64,000 nucleotides of DNA from Lama glama (Eukaryota): positions 310,001 through 374,000 of the forward strand of contig CM052829.1 of NCBI GenBank assembly GCA_028534125.1, read 5' to 3'. The stretch's first letter is position 1. Each line of letters opens with the position of its first letter. The translations under genes were made by a program, and so were the position numbers. Of the stretch, positions 47,701-58,925 are shown piece after piece. Below the pieces are notes generated by a model. The model saw nothing but the letters and a program-made list of their open reading frames with translations. It did not search any database and was not told where the DNA came from.

Positions 47701-49551
47701 GACTGTGACGAGGGCTGGCTCCCACAGCTGTGGCCGGAGGGCCCCAGGTCCCTTCGCTGCTGTGAGTCCCGGCCCCTGGCGAGGGCCTGAGGACCAGGCG
47801 CTGACGTCGTGGGCAGGGAAGCGCCGGCGTCCTGGCGCAGGCAGATGAGAGAACTTCCCTGATTTTGTGTGGAGACCACCACCGTACAGCGAATACTGCT
47901 TTAAAGCAAGTCACAGGAGACCCTCGGTTTCCCAGTGACACAAAAGTGATGTCTGCACTGTACTGCGTCTCTGAGGTGTGCAAGGGCATCACGTCTAAAC
48001 ACAGTGCGCACACCTTTATCTTGTTGTGAAACGTGCCACCCATCGTCTGAGCCTCGAGGGAGCCATGGTGGGGACACCAAGTCCTAGCAAATGTGATAAC
48101 AATGAAAACGTTTAATGTCATGAGACTTACCAGCATGTGACACAGAGACACAAAGTGAGCAGACGCAGCTGGAAAAATGGTGCTGATAGACGTGCTGGAC
48201 GCGAAGTCGTCACGAGCCTTCACTCTGCAGGAAGCGGTGTCTGTGAGGTGTGCCTGTGGTCGGGGGGACGGCTCTGGGGCCGCTCATGACCCAGATCCAG
48301 GGTCATCCACACAGGCTGGCCTGGGACTTGAGCTGGGGGCTGGGAGGCAGGATGGCAGGTGGCAGCTCTGTGGGGCCTGCTGCTGTGGCGAGAAGCCCAC
48401 ACCCGTCTGTGAGGAGAGGGCTGAGTTCCAACACAACTTCACTTACGAATTCGAAATTTGAATTTCACTTTATTCTCATGTGTCACAAAACACATTTCTT
48501 CTTTTTTGTTTTCTCTACTGATAGAGAGTGTGAGAGTCATTTTTTGCTCCCAGGATGTGCAAACCCAGGGGCTGGATTTGGCCCATGACCACTGACCTCG
48601 GAGGACCCACTGCCAGAGAATCGTGGCGTGAATCTTGGCCCACGTGGCATCACCGTGGCCAATGCTTCTCGCCCCGTCTGAACGCACAGGTGGTGCAGCT
48701 GTCCTGGCACAAGGCGGCTGCAAACCAGGCCGGCTGGCAGCTCGGGGGCCCAGCGTCCTCCTGCATGGAGCCCCCCCCCTCGGGGCTACCCCAGCCTCAC
48801 AGAGGGGAGCCGCTCCATCTCCACAGCTCACAGGTGAGATCTGCTCACTGGACACGCGGGAGGTGGGAGACGTAACACTGTGAAAGCAGAACACGTTCAG
48901 AAACGGGGCCTGTGGGCCATGAGGAGGGGCCGGTCCGAGCTGGCGGGCGCCGCAGGGGATCCAGCGCCCTTCGCCCTCCCGGCGGTGGAGGGCTCAGGGA
49001 AGCGATTGTTTTTGTTTGGCTGCAATGCTTTGTTTGCAGAGAACAAGCCAGGGTGCCCAGGCCCCTCGGAGGCGCGCCGTGGGCTGGGCTGGCCCCGCGC
49101 CCGCCCCCAGCAGGCCAGCTGCACCCAGACGAACGCCTGTCAGCCAGCCTGTAAATATTTACTGGGCGTCCAGGCTGTGTGATCGGAGGCTGTTACCACA
49201 TCACAAAACAAGCTGGTTCCCGAAAATTAAGCGTTGGAGGAGGGCAGGGCTCTGGTGGCCGAGGCCCTGTTCTGGCCCTGCCTCCAGAGGCAGGGAGGGA
49301 GGGGCAGGGCTGCCCTGGCCTGGAGGGTGGAGGGCTGCCACGGGCTCGTGTTCCTGAACCGCCAGCCTCTTTGGAAGCGCCCCTGCAGGTCCTCTTCAAA
49401 GAAGGAGACGTGGGGAGCCGGCCACCCACCAACATGGGGCGAAAACCCGGAGACCCCCCACCCCCTGCCCAGGAGCCTGGGGTGGGATGTGAGGGGCACA
49501 GGGAGGGGCTGCAGGGAGGCCCCGCCCACCAGGTGACGCAAGGAGACGCAG

Positions 49552-49665
49552 TTCGTGTGTGAGCACGCATGGGCGTGTGCTCGTGTGCTGATGTACCTGT
49601 GTGTGCATGTATGTGTGCGTGCGTTTGTGCACCCACGCATGCACGGTGACATCCATGTGCATCCT
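49552..49665. repeat. Degenerate (TG)/(TGCA) low-complexity tract
   Basis: GTGTGTGAGCACGCATG...GTGTGTGCATGTATGTGTGCGTGCG. Confidence 0.7.
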
Positions 49666-52600
49666 GCAGACGCCCGATTCTGGATCGTGAGTGGGGCGTG
49701 TCCGACCCTCGCTTGCTGTGTGTGGGGCCCTGGGAAGTGGCGACCGCAGACCCTGAGTCACAGTCTTTGCAGGAGTTGCCGGGTGGGAAGTTTCCGGGGG
49801 GGAGCATCCTGCCCAGGCCACAGGGAAGCAGTCTGAAGCGTTTTTCACATGGACGACAGAGGGCTTCCAGGGTCGCGTGTGACCCAGCACGGCAGGCGGG
49901 CAGCTGTGCGGGTGCTTTGCTGTTACAACTGGTGGTGGTGGTGTTTGCAGGGTGGTGGGTGGGAGACTCAGGGGGCCAGCCAGGGCTCAGAGAGGAAGGA
50001 CTTGGCTCTGGCCCTGGCCTCAGACCCGGGGGCTCTGAGCTGGGCCTAGACTCCAGTCCGTCTGCAGGTCCACACCGGGGGGAGGCCCAGGGGCATTTTT
50101 AAAGCCTCACAGTGATTCCAGTGTCCAGCCGAAAGCTTGGCAGCACTGCATTCGGGGCCAGGGACACAGGTGCGGGAGCCGGCAGAGCTGGATGGGGCGT
50201 GTGCTCCCGGCCGGGTCTTTAGACGAAGCCGCGCAGCCGGCCGCCTGCCTGCCTGCCTTGTCTCTGGAAACGTCTGCGGGGCCGTTAATGCTCCAACTCT
50301 CCCAACTTCTCCTGTCACTTCTCAGGGGCGGGGCCGGGCCTGTCTCTTCTGAGCTTGGACGCAAGACCCTTGTGAGCAGGAGCTGTTCTCGTGAAACACC
50401 GCATGACTCCCGGGCTCGCTCCAGGAGCTGCTGAGGACCACGCCACCGGAGAGCCTGGCTCTCAGCGTGGAGAGGGCTGGGCCTGACCTGCTGCTCCCCA
50501 CAGCGCCTAGAAGCTTCCAGAGCAGGCGAAGCAGACGGACCCCTGCCAGAGAAGTGTGTCCCCGTGGGGTCTAGCTGCGGGTTTGTCCTCCAGTCCCTTA
50601 GAGAGGAGGCCACTGGTTGGCCCCACACGAGGACTGGGGTAACCAAGACATGCCCCCAGGTCCCCATGCCATATGGCCACTGCATGTCCTCCCGTGGCCA
50701 TGGCTGCAGGCGTGGGGGGCTTGTTCCCGGTCCCTGAGCCGTGAGGAGAGCCCGTGGGCCTGGAGGAAGCGGAGAGGGGCCGAGGGACTCGGTCCCTCGC
50801 TCCAGGCTGGGGCGGACAGGCTCTCCCTCTGCCCCGTCTCCACCTCCCTGTCTCTCTCCATCCCCGTCTCCCGCTGTCCCCACCGGGCGGCCCCCACTGT
50901 TGAGCTGTGTGGTGCTTCTCCCTCTGTGAATCTGCTGAGTTCTGTCTGGAGGCTGCAGGGGGAGGTGCGGGCTTTTACTGCCTTCATGGCGATCCCTCTT
51001 CTCACCCATCTGTCTGTCTGTCTGTCCCTTATCGAGCGAGTCCACAGTTTATGGATGTATGACTGCATGTAACAACTAGCTAATGTCCCAGCTGAAAAAA
51101 ACACGGCGAAAACTTACTAGTCTTAGTTTGTACAAGATCCACTTTCTGTCTGAATCCAGGTCTTCAACAGAAAGTGTCGACTGAAGCACAGCTCTGTGCA
51201 AAATGCACATTTTGTGAAATTCGCTTGTTTAGCTCCATTACAGGCCTAGACTAATGACACTGACAGCTGGATACTGGCAGTGATCTGCTGGGAATGTAAG
51301 CAGAGTGTAAGCTATGTGTTTATAACAGTTTTTTTTCCCCAGGAGAGACATCTTAAACCATCTTCCCGAGGCGGGTGTGGATGCCCTCGGTAACCTGTGG
51401 AACGTCCTAACTCCAGCATCCCCTCCTCTGTGAGGCCCGTCCGTGGAAGCAGAGACCACTCCTCCCCAAGCCTGCATGTGGGTGGATGCCACGCACCGCC
51501 GCTCAGGGCGGGTGTCCCCACCTCCTCCCAGACTCGGCCAAGCAGGTGAGACCACTGCAGGTGGCGGTGGTGAGACCAGGGTGCCACGGGTGCTTGGGTT
51601 CCATGCCACCACAGAAGGACATGTCCAGTCACCAGGCCCAGAGGTAGAAGGAAAGCTGGGGCCACTACGTCGGTCTGCGCACCACAGCTGCGGGCGTGTG
51701 GCCTGGGTGTGCCACACACTCACCGAGCCTCAGTCTCAATTCAAAGATAAGAGACACTGATCTCACTGCTGCACGGGTTTGCCGGGAGGACGGCGGCTGA
51801 CATGAGGTGCAGGGAGGAGCGTGTGCAGGAGGTCGGGGAACGTGAAGGCATTTTGAAGGGTGGAGCGTTCCACACACTCGAGGCACCACCGGCGTTGGTT
51901 TACGGCATCCAGGAGTCTGCGGGGTGTGTCCTAACCAACCAGCCGGCTGCGTGCACGCCTGGACCCCTCACCTGTGACGGCGGCCTGAGCCTGCTGCCGG
52001 CGTTGCTGCTGTGGGATCAGTCTTGCAGAGATGCTCAGCCCCTGGTGCTGTGAGCGCAGGCCATGTGGGCAGCCACCGCACCCCCCAGGAGGGGCTGCCC
52101 CTGGGAAAGCTTCTCCCTGCACCTGGAGGCCTCCAGACCAGGGCTGCCGGCCCCTGGCCCCTCACAGTAACGCAGACCTGTCCTCCCGGCCAATGACCAA
52201 GGACTCAGGTTAGGACTGGTTGGACTGATGCCCACGCTGAGTGTACATGTCAACCCACGGGGATTCAGCAGTGGCCATGCCCCACAGCTGCCACAGAGCC
52301 TGTGGGAGAGGAGGGAGGGTTTGGGGGCAGAGGAGTGGCAAGAAGTGCCACGTTCTTGAGCCTGCCAGCCCCTAGCCCACCATAGCACAGGGGGCACCCA
52401 GGAGGGTGGTCCTGGTGAGGGGCCCACCTCCACCTCAAGGGGACAGGCCCAGCAGCTCACAGCAGGAAAGGCCCAAAGCCAGATGACCCAAGAGCCCACC
52501 CGTAGGGCAGTGCACCCCGAGTTCAGGAGTGAAGTTGTGCTCCCCAAAATGCAGAACAAAGACCTGTCGCAGGGGGACCCCAGCTGTGAGCACAAGGCCA

Positions 52601-53699
52601 GCGGGAGGCCCGGTTCCGATGGTCAGGTCAGAGCCTCAGCAGGGTGACCTGACCCCACAGAGCAGCGAGCTGACCCAGGCCCCCAGCTGTCCCTGCCTGT
52701 GGCTGGGAAGCCGGAGAGCCCAGGGCTGCTCAGAGCCTGGAGCACAAGAGAGAGCGGAGCCGCAGACCACAAGTCCACCCGCATGAAGAGCTGGTGCCCC
52801 ACATTTGGCATCAGAAGACCTCGGTCCCTCTCACTACTTGTGGGCCATGTGGCTCTGAGCCTCCCTTTCCTTGCCCAGCAGGTGGGGAGAAAAGTGCCCA
52901 CCTGACCCGACACGTGGTTCGTCCAAGTCTCAGAAGCAAAGAGACTGTTACCAGGGAGCTCCTGCTCAGCTCTGGACATTCACGCTCGGCTGGGACTCGA
53001 GAGCCGTTATCAACTGCTTTGAGCCACAAGGTGACGGTGAGTAGGGGGACCTCTGTTGATGTCATTTTGTGGAGCACATTTTGTGGGGCAGGAGGCACCA
53101 GGGGTCCACAGCGTCTCCTCCTGCAGGTGCCCACGGAACCCCACCATCCCTGCCACGTTCGGTGATACCTGCTCGGCCCTGGTGGCGTCCCCGGGCGAGG
53201 TCGACCTGGCGGCTTCATCGTGTGTTGTCGGGGGGTCTGTCTGCACCCCGGCACGTGGCCTCCTGGACCTGCCCTTGCTGTGTGCAGAGGCCGTCTCTGG
53301 GCCGTGGAGGGCTGTTTGCACACGGCGGCTTCTGGGGAAACGATGTACAGCTTCCAGACAAGCGCCTGCAGCATCTCCCTGTGCTCCACATTGCATTCCT
53401 CCTGCAGCCACGACAAGTGCTGGGAGCCCCCACCCAGGAGAAGGTGGGGAGGATGGGGGCCCGGCAGAGTGGAGGGGGCAGGCAGGCAGAGGGCGGCTCC
53501 CACAGCCAGGCCTCGCTGCTTCTCGTTCTTCTGAGCCTTCCCATCACCTGCAGAGGCTGACTGTCGACTCTGGCCACATCCCAGCAGCCGCCTGACCCAG
53601 AAGGGCCTCCCCAGTCTCCCTCCTCAGGGTGCCCCGTGCACCCAGCGTCGGAGCAAGCCGGCCCGCGTCGGCGCTCCCAGGAACTGAGCCCAAGGCTGG

Positions 53700-53785
53700 G
53701 GAAGGCCCCTGCTGTGTCCTCAGCAGCCTGGCCTGCTCACGGTAAGTGGTCCGTAAATCTGTGTTGGACAGGCTGATGGACACAG
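53700..53785 (+). mobile_element. L2 3' end remnant
   Basis: CTGTGTCCTCAGCAGCCTGGCCTGCTCACGGTAAGTGGTCCGTAAATCTGTGTTGGA matches L2 GTATCCCCAGCGCCT...GGCACATAGTAGGTGCTCAATAAATATTTGTTGAA. Confidence 0.55.
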
Positions 53786-54005
53786 GGACAGGCAGGTGGA
53801 CGTACAGAAGCACCCCTGGCTGCAGGGGCGGATGGGTGGACGAGTGGGTGGACATGGGGAGGGGCAGTGGTGAGAAAGACAGGACGGGGCAGAATCTGAC
53901 TGTTAGCTCGGAGACGGTGCAGCGGGAGAGCTGTGCTGGAAACCCCTGCAAGCAGACCGAAGTGAGTCATCTCAATGTCTCCACAACCTGTCAGTGCCCA
54001 CCCTC

Positions 54006-54024
54006 TGCCCCGCAGATGGCACCG
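54006..54024 (+). promoter_or_regulatory. Candidate CTCF core motif
   Basis: TGCCCCGCAGATGGCACCG fits CC.GCAG(A/G)(T/G)GGC(A/G)C; chance matches are common at this GC content. Confidence 0.25.
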
Positions 54025-55039
54025 GGAGTGTGCGGAACCGGTCTCAGGTTCTGCACTGTCTGCACCGTCCCAGGTCCACTGGAGAGGGGGCATCTCCGCG
54101 CGCCCTCCCACAAGCCCTGTGCCTCGTCCCCACTTCGCTGCCTGGGCTCCAGAGAGTCTCTCTCCCAAACGGGGGTGTTTCCAAGCAGTCGAGAGGGAAG
54201 GCCAGGTGGTGTTTGGGGAACGGCTGGCCCTCCCCCACAAGCCTTCCTGCGGGCTCTGACCTGGCCCCTGTGGCGGTGGTTCAGTGCCTTGGTGCTGCCC
54301 CCTCCATGGTCTCAGGCCCCCTCTCCAAACACACAACCCCCTTGGACCCGACGTGCGCAGGCCAGGCAGCAGCAGCGCCCAGGGCTCTGACTGCTCCGCT
54401 GGCCACTAGGCTGAACGGCAGCGTCGGAGACGAGGCGCCGTCGGGGGGAAGCATTTGGCCCTGCTGGACTCTGCCCCCGGGCGACATCACCAGCCCTGGG
54501 ACCCCGCTCGTGGGGGGAGGGGGCTGGGTGCAGCAGTGCCCTGTAGCCTGGGCCTGACACTTAAGAAGACACTCAGATTCTGATCTGCGATGTTTGTTCC
54601 AGACGTGGTTTTCCCTTCTATCACAGAACGCGGTAACAAGCAGAGAGATGCCGCCTCTGCCGTTCCATAAAGGTAGGTGCTTTGGTGAACGTGCGTCTCC
54701 CGGTCAGGCGCCGCTGCCAGAAGAACAGTGTGAACTGATGCGGTTCTAAATCTTGCAATTTCCTTGTGAACGTCGTAATCACATGTAAAGGCATTAATTT
54801 GCTAAGTGCAGACATTTAGAACATAAAGTCCCTTCTGACAGTCCCGTTGACTGCTTCCTCTCTTCCTCTGCTAGGAGTGCCGCGCCCGAACTCTTGCCCC
54901 CGAAGGGGAAATGGCCCCGTCACTCCTGGCTTCTGGAGGGCTTTCCTGGTCCCCTCGCAGCACGATGTTTCGCACTCGCTGGTTTTTATGTTTGTTTCAT
55001 TAATGAGGGAAGGAAGGAAGGAGGAGGGAGGGAGGCTCT

Positions 55040-55260
55040 CGGATCCTGACCCACCTTCCTCGTGGAACTTTGATCAGGCTCTCAGCTGCCCTTGGTCTGG
55101 TTTTCTCGTCTCCGGCCGGGGGTGGGCACGTCCTCAACCTCTGGAGCCTGCAGGGCGTTTGCGGCTCAGGCTCTGGGGTCCGACAGAGCTGAATTAACCA
55201 ACCGTCTGAACTCTGCCCTCACCCAAGCCTCCACGTCTTCATCTGTAAGTTGAGAATCAG
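55040..55260 (+). mobile_element. MIR fragments
   Basis: CAGGCTCTGGGGTCCGACAGAGCTG...AAGCCTCCACGTCTTCATCTGTAAGTTGAG resembles MIR. Confidence 0.45.
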
Positions 55261-56379
55261 CCCGAGTTCGCAGGACGTGGGACAGGAAGTGGTCAGCCCA
55301 GCTCTGTCCTGCGGCTCAACTGCAGCCACTGTCACCAAAGAGCACTGACGTGGAAACGTGGGCACACGTTTCCGTGGACTTGTGGGCCCACAGGCCCTGG
55401 TTTTCCTTTCTTAGTGCCGAGTGCCACGTCCCCACCTCGGAGGGACCAATGGCCCCTGAGGGCCGTGAGTGGGGCCGTGAGTCCCAGGGACTCTCTGCTT
55501 GGTGGCAGCGGCAAGGGGTGGACTGGGGCCAGGTCCTTGTGGACATGGCTGCAGGGCTGCACCAAGCGTCCCGGAAGCCCCCGCCCCGTCCCGCACAGGC
55601 TGAGGGACACGGCACCCCGGCCCCAGAGACCCGGAAGCCCCTAGTCTCCGTCTCGCCACCGTCCTGACTTCGATGTCCCACAAATGCTTCCTGGGCTACT
55701 GCTGGGAGCCGGCACTGGGCCTGGGGCTCCGCAGTCCTGCCCGGCAGACTCAGTCTGTAGGAAACTAAATGTAAAGCAACCACATGTCCAAATGCAGCAT
55801 CGCACTTCGCCCCGCGTGTCGTGAAGGTGACACAGAGGCTGTTAAACAGGAGGACTTGGCTTAGGTGGGGGTGGCCAGGCTGCGCAGAGCGGTGCTCGCA
55901 GGGCCCTGGGGTGCCGGGCGCCCCTGGAGGATTGGGGGCTGACAGCTGGGCCCCAGTGCAGCCCTTGGTCGGAGGTGTGCCCAGCGGGGCCTCTTACCTC
56001 TTGGTTGGCTGGACTGGCAGCCTTGGTGATGACATCCCAGAGCCACTGGCGGGAGGGAGGGTGTTCACTGGGGGTGGGCGTTGGGGGGGCCACCTGTGCC
56101 CTGGGCGTTGGTGCCTCGGGGCCACCCGCCGCCCCAGCACCTCTCCCTGGCCCCCATCTTAGCCCGTTTGCTTCAGCCTCCCATCGCCCGCCTATCCTGT
56201 CGCCTCACAATGTAATTCATGCTGCTGTTGGAGGGGCGCTTGGGCCTGAAACCCAGTCCTGCCTCTTCTCAACCCAGTAAACTCCAGTGGCTCCCGGAGG
56301 CCCTCAGGCCGAGAGTGAGGTCCGTGACCTGCCTGCACCCAGTCCCACACCCCCCTCAGCTTCCCCACCGTCCGCATGA

Positions 56380-57200
56380 AGCTGCCCTCAGCCTCGCGGA
56401 ACCTCTCACGGGCCCGAATTCGAGACGCTCCCTCACCCTCAACCTGGGCACACGCTTTCCCGCCGGAAAGCCCTCCCTCCCCTCCCCCACCCTCAGAACC
56501 CGCCTCCCCCTGGCCCCGGGCCGGGCCTCCTCTCTTTCAGCAGGGCGGCCCTCGAGGGACCTGACTCACACGGCCGGGCTCACTCGCCCGCCCTCAAACC
56601 GGCCCGGCCCGTGAGGACCGCAGGGCAAAGACCTGCGCCTGTGCCTGGGCGCCCTGAACCCCACACAACACCTGAGCTACAGCAAGGACAGGGGAAAAGG
56701 GAGTTTTGGGTGAGAAGGTGACTTTCTGTTCCTCTCTGGTTCTCTAGGGAAGTTAAGAGAAGCTGTATGAGTCACAGTGCTTTGACCTAGTGGCCAGTTT
56801 ACACGGTTCACAGCACGAATAGCTGAATGGAGGTAATTTGAGGAAAACAGGGCACTGGGTCTCTGAGGGAATTCCCTAAAACCCCAAGTTAGTAAGTAGA
56901 AACTGGCTGCCATTTCGAGGAATGGTGAGATTTCTTTCTGGCAGCGTTGCTCTGTCAAACGTCCACACTCAGGCCTTGCTGTCGAGCAGCAGCGCGAGCT
57001 CACGCTGGGCGCCCTTCCCGCCTGGTGTGCTGCGAGGCGAGGCCCGGCCTCCGACAGCGCCTCCTAAGGAAGGGGCCTCGGTGTCTACGTTCATCGTGAT
57101 CTAACCGACTCCTCCAGGGGTGAGACTGTTTTATAACAAATCCTGGCTGCGCGTCTGCGACGTGCGCGCCCCCGCAGCCAAGTTCACTCTCCCAGCTGGC
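56380..57200. promoter_or_regulatory. CpG-dense patches (CpG-island-like)
   Basis: Dense CpG at 56500-56620 and 56980-57180 (e.g. GGCTGCGCGTCTGCGACGTGCGCGCC). The regional CpG background is high, so this is weak evidence. Confidence 0.3.
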
Positions 57201-57234
57201 CTGTGGCGCAAGCACATCGACCCCCAGAATTTCA

Positions 57235-57330
57235 CGGCTAGGAAGCTGAGCCCACAGAGATGGTAACTGGCGAGCCCGCGTCACAGTCGGGAGGTGCCAG
57301 GGCCAGAGTGCAAACCCGGCGGTCTTACTG
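57235..57330 (-). mobile_element. MIR core, antisense
   Basis: AGGAAGCTGAGCCCACAGAGATGGTAACTGGCGAGCCCGCGTCACAGTCGGGAGGTGCCAGGGCCAGAGTGCAAACCCGG matches GAGGAAACTGAGGCTCAGAGAGGTTAAGTAACTTGCCCAAGGTCACACAG...GGCAGAGCCGGGATTCGAACCCAGG. Confidence 0.7.
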
Positions 57331-58799
57331 GCGGCTACTCACGGCTCACGGTGTCGTGTTTTCTCCAAGTCTCTGTCACACTTGATTTTCAACCAAGACC
57401 CTATATTTAAAATTTATCCTCGTGGCGCCTCCTGGCAAGACTAGACGCCGCTCTGCCTCCGGGGGCGGTCCGTTCACGGGCCCATCACGGTGCTTTCACC
57501 TGGGCTTACAGTCTCGCTGCAGCTCTCGGATCCTGCAGCCTTCCTCTCGGGTGTGAGAAGGAAGAGGTGGCAGCAGTGGCTGCTTGGAAGTCTCCGAGGA
57601 GTGACAGCCGACCTGGATCCGGTCCTGAGGGGAGAGACTCCATCCTTCCCTAGTTTCTGGTGGTGGAGCACCTGTCCTTGTGGTCCGATGGGGCTCACTG
57701 ACCGCCCAAGTAAACAGGCCCTCAGTGCCAGCTGCAGCCTCTGCTGGTGCCGCTCTGGGTGTGTGCCTGTGTCCTGGGAGCCACGTCGTCCTGGCTGTCC
57801 TCGGACGTGGGGACGTCCTCACTAGGGACGACACAGGCCCCTGTGGCCCCGCACCGGCCGCGAGGTCGTGCCTCCGGTCGCTAGGTGTGCATGGACCGTG
57901 TCCGCTCCTCCTCCTCTCTCCGGATGTGGGGCTGTGGGAACTCCACGCCGTGTCGTCCATGAAGAAGGATTGAACCAAAGGGCTCTCCCTTCTCCACCCC
58001 GAGGTGTTGCCTGCTCGCTGGCATCCGGCCTCTTCTCTGCCCTGTTGGCAGGACCAGAGTGTTGTTTGTCTGCCAGCAGCGGATTCGGAATGTCCTCTGG
58101 GAGGCCTCGGGGGAAGGGAGCAGCTTCCTCGTCAGGGACGCCTCAGGGCAGCCAGAGCCCCTCGCCTGTGGCCTGTGATGTCTGTGCCCCTAGCTGCCCT
58201 CCCGGTGTGCCTGTGAGTCCCTGAGGGGGGCCGTGTGGCCGGCAGTGGGCAGCTGTCCTCCTCCGGGCACTTGCTGAGTCTCAGACTCTGTGAGTCCGAT
58301 GACCAAGCCAGGGAACTCTGAGTCCTTCCAGGAAACTGGGGACCTGGTGCTCACGGCTTGGGGTCAGACGGGGCTGCTGACCTCTGAGAGGGCCCGGCCC
58401 CCAGAGAGAAGCGCCAACAGCTTCTTCATCAAATAGGTCAGCGCCTTAACACAAGGCCGTGTGTACGCAGTGACGTAAGTGAGAAAACACAAGTGCGCAG
58501 CACTTGGGGAGGAAAACCCTGCCCCGCACCCCAGCACTGCCGCGGGCTCCTCAGAGTCTTCCTGGGGGTGTGCTGTAACCAACAGGGATCGAACCTCCCA
58601 GCCTGCGGAGCGAGGCAGGTTTCACACGGTAGCACATCAGGAACGACTCTGTGGTTGCATTTCTCTTAGGACAGACTGCAGAGAGAAGGCAAAGAGCCAC
58701 CTGCGGCCACAGAGGTCTGCACACTGTGGGCGGGGCAGGCTGTGTGCACTCTCTGCTCCTCCCAGGTGCCAAGAGACGAGCCCCGTGGGGGGTGTGGGG

Positions 58800-58925
58800 G
58801 TGTACTTACTCGTGTAATAACACCTCCTGAGTAGCTGTTAGGTATTAAGCACTGTTTTAGGCACTGAGACGACATTTCTGAATAGCAAGATTCTTGTTCT
58901 CATGAAGTTTATATTCTGGAAGGTC
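58800..58925 (-). mobile_element. L2 3' end, antisense
   Basis: CCTGAGTAGCTGTTAGGTATTAAGCACTGTTTTAGGCACTGAGAC...TGTTCTCATGAAGTTTATATTCTGG is a typical L2 terminus. Confidence 0.75.

Noticed and set aside
50107-51045. 312-aa minus-strand ORF
   Set aside because: Composition typical of random GC-rich translation; no recognisable family or splice context.
53735-53750. Strong donor ACG|GTAAGT
   Set aside because: Lies inside an L2 3'-end relic; no convincing upstream acceptor.
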